Below, in pieces: positions 56,725 to 64,000 of a DNA stretch of 64,000 nucleotides (position 1 is the stretch's first letter; the number at the start of each line of letters is the position of its first letter). The stretch covers positions 5,306 through 69,305 of the forward strand of contig CAVTPV010000005.1 of the NCBI GenBank assembly GCA_963736705.1. Direction: 5' to 3'. The notes beneath the pieces are model-generated. The model did not search any database and was not told where the DNA came from. It saw only the letters and a program-made list of their open reading frames with translations. This DNA comes from an uncultured Actinomycetota bacterium. Lineage in GTDB: Bacteria > Actinomycetota > Thermoleophilia > RBG-16-64-13. A program made the position numbers and the translations under genes.

Positions 56725-58693
56725 CTATCTCGGGGTGGCAGGACTCCCGCCCACCAGATTCTTGATGGCTGCTCCCAGGAGATCCCACAATCTGCTCATG
56801 AAGGACTGCGAAAACGCCTTTGAAGCGAGGGGCCCGTCCTGATACGTGTAGAGGTCGGTGTCGGTGGGCGTATCTGGGTCCGGTTCAGGAGTGCCGCCTC
56901 CCACCGCGGTCACCTGCACCCGCACGGTGCCGGCGGCGCCTGGCGGCGCGACGGCGGTGATCTGCTCGTGAGAGTCCACCGTGTACTCCGCCTCGTTGGT
57001 TCCGAAGAGCACCGAGGTCACCCCGACGAAGTTCTGTCCGGTGATCACCACATCGTTCCCTCCTTCGGCCGGCCCCTCTGTCGGAAGGAGAGCGGTGATG
57101 ACCGGAGGATCCACATAGGCGTAGTCATCGGCGGCGGTGTCGGCCGTGACGCCCCCGGCGGTAGTGACCCGCACTTGCACCGGGCCGGCATCGTGGGCAG
57201 GGGTGGTCGCCGTGATCTGGGTGGCGGAGTCGAGGGTGTAGACGGCGGCGTTCTTGTCCCCGAAGGCGACGGCGGTCGCGCCGAGCAGATCCGTCCCGGT
57301 GATGACGACCGTGGTGCCTCCCTCAATGGGGCCGGCCGCCGGGCTGATCCCGGTGAGTGTGGGCGGCGGCACATAGGTGTAGTCATCGGCGCCGGTGTCG
57401 GCCGTGACGCCCCCGACGGTGGTGATCTGCACCTGCACCGGGCCGGCGGCGTGGGCAGGGGTGGTCGCGGTGATCTTGGTGGCGGAGTCGACCGTGTAGG
57501 CGGGCGTTGCCGCCCCCGAAGGTCACCGCCCCCGACCCTGTCAACCCGATGAAGCCGGTGCCTTTGATGACCACCGTGGTGCCCCCGTCGATGGGGCCGG
57601 CCGCCGGGCTGATCTCAGTGATGGTGGGTACCGGCGCATAGGTGTAGTCATCGGCGTCGGTGTTGGTGGTGGCGCCCCACGGGCCCGTCACTTTCACCCG
57701 CACCTTGCCGGCGGTATGAGTGGGAGCGGTGGCGGTGATCTGGGTGGCGGAGTCGACGGTGTAGACGGCCGTGGTGTCCCCAAAGAAGACGGCGCCGGTG
57801 GGGCTCACTCCCGTGAAGTCCGTGCCGGTGATGACTACGATGGTGCCCCCGGCCGTGGGACCCACCGTCGGGCTGAGCGCGGTGATCGCCGGAATGGGGA
57901 TGTACACATAGTCGTCGGCCGCGGTGTTGGCGGTGGTGCCTCCGGCGGTCGTCACCTTCACTCGTACGGCGCCGGCGGCATGAGCGGGAACGGTGGCTGT
58001 GATCTTGGTGGAGGAGTCGACGGTGTAGGCGGCGGCGTTGGTGGCCCCGAAGGCGACCGCGCTCTGCCCCGTCAGCCCGATGAAGCCGGTGCCCGAGATG
58101 ATGATCTCGTCCCCCCCGGTGACGTAGCCGCTCCCTTTGGAGAGCCCTGTGATCGTGGGAGGACTCACATAGGTGAAGTCGTCGGCGGCCGTATTGGCCG
58201 TGTCGCCCCCGGCCGCTGTCACCTGGATCTGGACCTTCCCGGCGGCGTGAGCGGGGGAGGTCGCGGTTATCTGGGTGGCGGAATCGACAACGTAGTCCGG
58301 GTCCGCATCGATCCCTCCGAACGTGACGGCAGTCACGCGGATGAAGCCGGTGCCCTTGATGACCACTTTGGTGCCCCCGGCGGTGGGGCCTGCGCCCGGG
58401 CTTCGACTGGTGATGGTGGGAACGGGCGGCGCCGTCGTGGTGGTGGTCCGGGGCTGGGTCGTTGTGGTCGGAGCCTCCGTGGTGGTGACCGATTCGGTGG
58501 TGGTCGGCGCCTGGGTCGTGGTGGTCATCGGCTCAGTCGTGGTCACCACCTCAGTCGTGGTCACCGTCTCGGTCGTCATCACCGCCACGGTGGTGGTCGT
58601 GGTCTCCGGACTGCCGCACCCGGTGACGGCCGGCGCGAAGGCGAGCAGCGACGCGATGAGTACGCCGAGCGCAACACGTTTGATGGACCTCAC
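56725..58693 (-). CDS. Lipoprotein with Thr-rich linker and ~7 tandem IPT/TIG (Ig-like) repeats; 1 frameshift near 57450
   Basis: Lipobox 'LLAFAPAVTGCGS'; repeated unit 'P.IT..SP..GP..GGT.VVI.GT.F.G......V.FG......YTVDS.TQITAT.PAH.AG.V.V.VTT.GG.T..T..DDYTY' about 7 times. Confidence 0.6.
56800..58400. repeat. About 250-bp tandem direct repeats (coding IPT/TIG modules) — collapse/expansion risk in assembly
   Basis: Near-identical nucleotide blocks such as 'gtgtagacggcggcgttcttgtccccgaaggcgacggcggtcgc...' recur at ~255-bp spacing. Confidence 0.5.
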
Positions 58694-58875
58694 CGGACCT
58701 CGACCTCCTCCTCAAATGGCGGGCAGACCATGTTCATGGGAGCTTACTTACCCCCTTGCGCAGGTAAACAGTCGAAGGTGCCTCCGCAAGTGGCCTAGGT
58801 GACGGTCTCGCCGGTATGTGCTAGCCTCTTGCGGTTCGCCCGAAGGCCACGCCGGCCGGCGAACCATGCCATCGT

Positions 58876-60147
58876 GCCAGTAGGGAGGCCGTTATAAGCA
58901 ACGGCACGGTCAAGAATATCGGTTCGCGTCTCGCGTGTTCCCTCCTCTTCATCCTGCTCTTCGTGCTGATGGGGGCTACGGCCGTCCAGGCCGAACCGCA
59001 GGACCTCTCCAACGCCAAGAGCGAGGCTGCCACCCTCGAGGCTCAGCTGAAGGAGTTGAAGGAGCAGGCCGCGGCGCTCCAGGGTACATACGACTCCGCG
59101 AACAAGCAGCTGGCCCAGATCGAGGCCGACGCCGCGGAGTATGCGGACCTGCTCGCCCAGGCCCAACAAGACCAGTTGGACGCCGAAGACGCGTTGACCG
59201 CGCGGCTCGTTAACATCTACAAGCAGGGACGGAGCGGTACTCTCGACGTGCTGCTCAGCTCCGACTCGTTGGCCGACCTCATCCATCGCGCCACGGCCCT
59301 CAAGCGGATAGGCAAGCAGGACGCCGATCTTCTCGATCAGGTGACCACCTATCGTGCCCAAGTCGCCGAACACGAGTCGAGGCTTACCTCGGAGCTGGAG
59401 AAACAGCAGGTCGTCACTGCCCAGGCGGAGGTCGCCCAGCAGGCCATGACTCAGAAGCTCGCCGAGGCGAAGAGCCTGCTGAAGGGCAAAGAAGCCGAGG
59501 TCGCCCAACTGGATAAAGAGTGGAAGGCCAAGGTGGCCGAACAGGCGCGGCTCGAGCGGGCGCGCCAAGCCAAGCTGGAAGCTGCCTTGGCGGCCGCGCA
59601 GGCGGCCGCGCAGAACGGCGGCAGCAGTGGGGGCGGTAGCGGCGGCGGTAGCGGCGGCAGCACCAACACCACGGTCCGTACCACCAGCACCACCAACCGC
59701 ACCACCACGACGACCGGCGGCAGCTCCGGTGGCACCGGGACCTACCACCCCGGCGTCCGCAACATCCTGAAGCCCGAACAGATCGCTCTGGCTGCCCAGA
59801 AGGCCGGCTTCTCCGGGGAGAACCTGGTGATCTCGGTGGCGGTGGCCATGGCCGAATCCGGCGGCGACGCCAATGCCATAGGCCGCCTCAAGACCTACGG
59901 CCTCTGGCAGATCTTGGCCTCCGCCCACCCCACCATGATCAGCCCCAGCAATCCGAACGCGAGCAGATGGTACGACGCCTACGTGAACGCCGGATTCGCC
60001 TGGAAGATATCGAAGTCGGGGGCGACATGGCGGCCGTGGTCGGTCTACACCTCAGGCTCCTACTCGAAATACATGACCAGGGCGCGCACCGCGGTGAACG
60101 TCCTTCTCAACGATCCCGGTTCGATAACGCCGCCCGGGGTGAAGTAG
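58876..60147 (+). CDS. Secreted coiled-coil protein with C-terminal lytic-transglycosylase/lysozyme-like domain (PcsB-like architecture); start uncertain (GTG 58876 to GTG 58963)
   Basis: Signal peptide 'LACSLLFILLFVLMGATAVQA'; long heptad-like coiled coil; Gly/Ser/Thr linker; 'AVAMAESGGDANAIG...YGLWQI'. Confidence 0.55.
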   Translation, partial: ASREAVISNGTVKNIGSRLACSLLFILLFVLMGATAVQAEPQDLSNAKSEAATLEAQLKELKEQAAALQGTYDSANKQLAQIEADAAEYADLLAQAQQDQLDAEDALTARLVNIYKQGRSGTLDVLLSSDSLADLIHRATALKRIGKQDADLLDQVTTYRAQVAEHESRLTSELEKQQVVTAQAEVAQQAMTQKLAEAKSLLKGKEAEVAQLDKEWKAKVAEQARLERARQAKLEAALAAAQAAAQNGGSSGGGSGGGSGGSTNTTVRTTSTTNRTTTTTGGSSGGTGTYHPGVRNILKPEQIALAAQKAGFSGENLVISVAVAMAESGGDANAIGRLKTYGLWQILASAHPTMISPSNPNASRWYDAYVNAGFAWKISKSGATWRPWSVYTSGSYSKYMTRARTAVNVLLNDPGSITPPGVK

Positions 60148-60160
60148 TGACCTCGGCGGG

Positions 60161-60826
60161 CTAGACCTTGAAGGCCGACGGACAGATGTCGTTCAGCAGG
60201 CAGTCGCCGCAGCGCGGGCGTTTCGCGTCGCAGACGGCCCGGCCGTGCTCGATGAGCAGGTAGGTGAGCTCGAACCAGTCGGCGCGGGGGACCACGTCCA
60301 TCAGTTCCCGCTCGATCTTCTCCGAATCCTTGGACGCCGCCAGGCCGAGGCGCTGGCTCAGCCGGTTGACGTGGGTGTCCACGGCGATGCCGGAGTCCGG
60401 GTCGCTGAGGTAGGCCTCGGGGTAGGCGTTGCCCAGGACGATGTTGGCCGTCTTGCGTGCCACGCCCGGCAGGGTGAGGAGCTCCTGCATGCTGGCCGGC
60501 ACCTCGCCGCCGTAGTCCGCGAGGATCTTCTGGGCGGAGGCGATCACGTGCTTGGCCTTGTTGTGGAAGAAGCCGGTGGAGTGGATGTCCTGCTCGAACT
60601 CGGCCAGGTCGGCGCCGGCGTAGTCCGCGACGGTCCGGTACTTCTTGAACAGGTTGGCGGTCACCTTGTTGACGGTGACGTCGGTGGTCTGGGCGGAGAG
60701 CATCACGCAGACCAGCAGCTCCCAATCGTTGCTGAAGTTCAGCACGATGTGGGCGTCGGGGTACTCGCCGCGCAACCGGCGGATGACCTCCACGGCTTGG
60801 GCTTTCTTGTCTGCGACTGTGGGCAT
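60161..60826 (-). CDS. nth: Endonuclease III (Nth), intact
   Basis: HhH-GPD 'LLTLPGVARKTANIVL'; catalytic 'DTHVNRLSQRLG'; 4Fe-4S 'CDAKRPRCGDCLLNDICP'. Confidence 0.85.
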   Translation of the reverse strand: MPTVADKKAQAVEVIRRLRGEYPDAHIVLNFSNDWELLVCVMLSAQTTDVTVNKVTANLFKKYRTVADYAGADLAEFEQDIHSTGFFHNKAKHVIASAQKILADYGGEVPASMQELLTLPGVARKTANIVLGNAYPEAYLSDPDSGIAVDTHVNRLSQRLGLAASKDSEKIERELMDVVPRADWFELTYLLIEHGRAVCDAKRPRCGDCLLNDICPSAFKV

Positions 60827-60886
60827 ATGCGCATGATACGGCAGAAATTGACTACAATTACACCCGGATAGCCTGTCGCCCAAGGA

Positions 60887-61486
60887 TTGGAGGACGCCAT
60901 CGACGGGCAAGCGGTGACACGAGTGATCGTCGGGATAACGGGAGCGTCCGGGACCATCTACGGGGTGCGGCTCCTGGAGGTCCTGCGCGACTCCGGCATC
61001 GAGACGCATCTGGTGATGAGCGAGGCCGCCCGCCGGGTGGCGGAACTGGAGACCGGCTACAGCGCGGCCGACATCGAAGCCCTGGCCGACTACTCCTACG
61101 CCAACAGCGAGATCGCCGCGCCCATAGCCTCGGGCTCGTTCACGACCAGCGGCATGATCGTGGCGCCCTGCTCCATCAAGAGCCTGTCGGCCATCGCTCA
61201 CAGCTACAACGACAGCCTGCTGGCCCGCGCCGCCGACGTCTGCCTCAAGGAGCGGCGCAAGCTGGTGCTGGTGGTGAGGGAGACCCCGCTGCATCTGGGA
61301 CATCTGCGCTTGATGGCGGAGGTCACCGAGTACGGGGCGATCGTCCTGCCCCCGATGCCGGCGTTCTATCACCAGCCCAAGACCATCGCCGACCTGGTGG
61401 ATCAGACCGTGGGCAAGGTGCTGGACCAGTTCGGCATCGACCACGACCTGTACCGGCGCTGGGGCGGTGGCGGATCCGGTGAGTGA
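60887..61486 (+). CDS. ubiX: Flavin prenyltransferase UbiX (prFMN synthase), intact
   Basis: 'RVIVGITGASGTIYGVRLLEVL...HLVMSEAA...GMIVAPCSIKSLSAIAHSY.DSLL.RAADV.LKERRKLVLVVRETPL'. Confidence 0.85.
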   Translation: MEDAIDGQAVTRVIVGITGASGTIYGVRLLEVLRDSGIETHLVMSEAARRVAELETGYSAADIEALADYSYANSEIAAPIASGSFTTSGMIVAPCSIKSLSAIAHSYNDSLLARAADVCLKERRKLVLVVRETPLHLGHLRLMAEVTEYGAIVLPPMPAFYHQPKTIADLVDQTVGKVLDQFGIDHDLYRRWGGGGSGE

Positions 61487-61531
61487 CGGGCCTGCCGCTG
61501 CGGCGACGCCGCCGGGTGTCTCCGCGAGCGG

Positions 61532-62054
61532 GTGGCGGAGTATCTGCGCGCCCATCACACCATGACCGTGGCCACGGTGGGGCCGCTCCCGGCCGCGGAA
61601 GCCGGGGCCGGCGGGTCGCGGCGGGCGGCGCCGCGGCGCGCTCGGCGGCGCCGCGGACTCCGGGCCTGCCGTGCCGCATGCCGCCAGCGTCTTCTACGCC
61701 GTCGACGACGATCTGCGGCTGATCTTCCTCAGCAAGTCCGACAGCACGCACGGGCTGCACATCGGGACAGGCGGCGCCGGTGGCCGTCACCGTCACCGAG
61801 CAGTACGACGACTGGGAGGACATCCGGGGCGTGCAGCTCTGGGGCGTCGCCAAGCGGGTCACCGGGCCGGCGAAGGTCGCCGCCATGGCCGCCTACCTGC
61901 GGCGCTTCCCCTTCGTCGCGACCTGCTGGAGCAGCCGCGGCTGGCCGCGGCCATGCGCGGCGTCTCCGTCTACCGGGTGGAGCCGCACCGCGTGGCCTTC
62001 ACCGACAACACCACGGGCGTGTTCGGTCGGGAGATCCTCGACCTGAAAGGATGA
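61532..62054 (+). CDS. Pyridoxamine-5'-phosphate-oxidase-like FMN-binding split-barrel protein, at least 3 frameshifts
   Basis: 'AEYLRAHHTMTVATVGP', 'PHAASVFYAVDDDLRLIFLSKSDSTHGLHIG', 'VAVTVTEQYDDWEDIRGVQLWGVAKRV', 'GVSVYRVEPHRVAFTDNTTGVFGREILDL'. Confidence 0.55.
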
Positions 62055-62220
62055 CCGGCATGCAGTCCTCCGGCTACACCCGCTACAGCGTCGGAGTCGG
62101 GCAAGCACGAGGTGCGCACGCGCGCGCACCGGCCGCGCCGTCCTGTGGGTGCTCATCGCCGTGGCGTGCGCGGTCATCGTCGTCTTCGCCTATCTCCTCG
62201 CGACCGGGGGGCAGCTGTGA
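62051..62220 (+). CDS. Possible small single-TM protein (~56 aa), frameshifted; overlaps both neighbours' stop/start
   Basis: 'MTGMQSSGYTRYSVGVG..' then 'AVLWVLIAVACAVIVVFAYLLATGGQL*'; ATGA overlap upstream, GTGA overlap downstream. Confidence 0.3.
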
Positions 62221-63450
62221 CCGTGGACCTCGCGTTCCCGGCCGGGAGGTGGGACTTCGTCCCCGCCGCGGAGATCGAGAGCCGCACCCGGCGCTTCCAG
62301 GCGGCTCTGGCGCAGGCCGGAGTCCAGCTGGCGCTCATCGTGCTGAACGCCGATCTCTTCTATCTCACCGGGACCATCCAGCAAGGGGCGCTGCTCGTGC
62401 CCGCGGAGGGCGAGCCGGTCCTGCTGGTCCGCAAGGACCCGGACAGGGCCCGGGTGGAGTCGCCGGTCAAGGACATCCGGCCGCTGGGCAGCCTGCGGGA
62501 GATGCCCGCCGGTCATCGCCGAGTTCGGTCTGGGCGCGGACGCGGTCGTGGGGATGGAGTTGGACGTCGTCCCGGTGAGCGTCTTCCGGCGCTATGAGGC
62601 GCTGCTTCCGGGGACGGCGATCAAGGACTGTTCGCCGGTCATCCGGGCGGTCCGCTCGGTGAAGTCGGCCTACGAGCGGGCCTTCACCGCCGAGGCCGCG
62701 AAGATCGTGGACGCCGGTTTCCGGGCGGCGGTCGAGACGCTGCGCCCGGGCATGACCGAGCTCGAGCTGAGCGCCGAGTGCGAGGCGGCCATGCGCCGCG
62801 TGGGCAACAGCAACGTGCAGGACCCACCAGTTCAACGAGGACTGGCCGTTCGGCAACGTCTCCGCGGGGCCGCACGCGGGCCTCGCCGGCTATACCGGCA
62901 ACCCTCTGGCGGGGGCGGGGATGTCCCCGGCCATCGGCCAAGGCTCCGGCTGGCGCGTCATCGCTCCGGGCGACCCCGTGGTGGTCGACCTGGTCGTCGT
63001 TCGCCGGCGGCTACTACTGCGATCAGACCCGCATCGTCAGCATCGGCCCGGTGGCGGACGACCTGGCGGCCGGCCAGCGTCTCTGCGAGGAGGTGCAGGA
63101 GGTGGTCCGCCAGACGGCCAAGGCGGGCGTGCGTCTGCGGCGACGTCTACAAGACGGCCAACGATTGGATGACGGAGCAGCTCGCCTCCGCGGGCCTGGA
63201 CGCCTACTTCATGGGCGCTCCCAACAACCAGGTTCCGTACATCGGTCACGGGGTCGGCCTGGAGCTGGACGAACTGCCGGTACTGGCCCGCGGCTTCAAG
63301 ATGGTGCTCGAGCAGGACCACGTGGTCGCCTGCGAACCCAAGCTGGTGTTCCCGGGACGGGGCGTGGTGGGCGTCGAGAACACCTGGCGGGTGACGGCTT
63401 CCGGCCTCGAAAGGATCACCGTATCGGCGGACGCGCTCGTCGAAGTCTGA
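62217..63450 (+). CDS. M24-family Xaa-Pro aminopeptidase / creatinase-like metallopeptidase, at least 4 frameshifts
   Basis: Creatinase_N-like N-terminus 'VDLAFPAGRWDFVPAAEIESRTRRFQAALAQAGVQLALIV'; C-terminus 'VPYIGHGVGLELDELPVLARGFKMVLEQDHVVACEPKLVFPGRGVVGVENTWRVTASGLERIT'. Confidence 0.65.
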
Positions 63451-63523
63451 GCCCGGGACCGTTTCCCTTTTCTTCGTTATTCGTTGCCTCATGAGTTGAC
63501 CATGCCCCGCCGATAATCAAGGC

Positions 63524-63760
63524 ATGGAGATGTTTCACACTTGGAAGTGCCCCGGATGCGGGGCCTTGGTCGGCATGCCCGGTGACGCTCCCGCACCCGT
63601 AGACGTCCGGTCCGAGAAGCGGCTTGACCAGCTCGCTCAGGCGTCGTGCGGGTGTTGGGTCGACACCCTCTCTGACCGCGGCATGGCCAGGCTGCTCGAC
63701 GCCATCGTCAGCCTCGATGATGTGCGCACGACCCGCGTTTACTGCGCCCACAGGTTCTAG
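63524..63760 (+). CDS. Small Cys-rich putative zinc-ribbon protein (78 aa), intact
   Basis: 'CPGCG...(36)...CGC' pairs; no other homology recognised. Confidence 0.4.
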   Translation: MEMFHTWKCPGCGALVGMPGDAPAPVDVRSEKRLDQLAQASCGCWVDTLSDRGMARLLDAIVSLDDVRTTRVYCAHRF

Positions 63761-63767
63761 GAACAAG

Positions 63768-64000
63768 CTAGACCGGCCACGTCCCCGTGTTGGCGACGTC
63801 GCCCGCAGTGAGCCAGGCCCGCCGCGCCTCCCCGATACCCCACCTGAGATTGTCGAAGTCACCCGGCGCGTGAGCGTCGCTGCAGATGACCATCCTTGCT
63901 CCCAGTGACGCCGCCCGCCGCGCGGCGGGGGCGGCCAGGTCCAGGCGGTCGGGGGAACCGTTGATCTCCAGGAAGGTGCCGGTCTCGGCCGCCACTCGGG
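63768..64000 (-). CDS. C-terminal fragment of a PHP-domain phosphoesterase (PolX/histidinol-phosphatase-like); runs off the window
   Basis: 'FLEINGSPDRLDL...GARMVICSDAHAPGDFDNLRWGIGEARRAWLTAGDVANT'. Confidence 0.45.
   Translation of the reverse strand, partial: RVAAETGTFLEINGSPDRLDLAAPAARRAASLGARMVICSDAHAPGDFDNLRWGIGEARRAWLTAGDVANTGTWPV

Noticed and set aside
59620-59740. Short periodic GGC/AGC repeat (ggcggtagcggcggcggtagcggcggcagc) considered as a CRISPR or VNTR
   Set aside because: It encodes an in-frame Gly-Ser-Thr linker (GGSSGGGSGGGSGGSTNTT) of the coiled-coil/SLT protein. There are no spacer-repeat architecture and no cas genes anywhere in the window.

Overview
The window is a high-GC (~68%) bacterial chromosome segment, probably Actinobacteria or Chloroflexi-like. 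An lprG–MFS lipoprotein/transporter pair, leaderless and GTG starts, and E. coli-type split accA/accD point that way. About 60 genes are recognisable: a BrnT/BrnA toxin-antitoxin pair, a YdiJ-like FAD/Fe-S oxidase, an S15 peptidase, corA, moeA, a complete fabZ-fabH-fabD-fabG-fabF-accD-accA lipid operon without acpP, an HNH endonuclease, rarA, an lprG–MFS pair, an amino-acid ABC transporter, an AmmeMemoRadiSam-type radical SAM enzyme, gltA, a TPP enzyme, a TetR regulator followed by korABG, nth and ubiX.

Two gene neighbourhoods look like candidate undescribed systems. The first is korABG followed by two HgdC/BcrAD-type ATPase 'activases' (one apparently fused to a 2x[4Fe-4S] ferredoxin), a NuoG-N-terminal-like multi-cluster Fe-S protein and a YfcE-type phosphoesterase, with no HgdAB/BcrBC catalytic partner in the window. 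The second is a tightly packed minus-strand operon: PaaK-like adenylating ligase – LOG-family protein – CorC/HlyC – ~1390-aa PPDK-like dikinase with a ~900-aa uncharacterised N-terminal region – divergent GAPDH.

Many CDSs, including essential ones (fabH, fabG, fabF), are interrupted by single-base frameshifts while neighbours are intact. This looks like sequencing or assembly indel error rather than decay. The six-frame ORF track is therefore chimeric in places: the 1762-aa and 944-aa ORFs each span several genes.

Other signals: a sigma70-type promoter plus intrinsic terminator flanking a candidate ~110-nt sRNA or leader; TAGAAT/ATTCTA palindromes in the tetR divergent intergenic region; and ~250-bp tandem IPT/TIG repeats in a lipoprotein gene.
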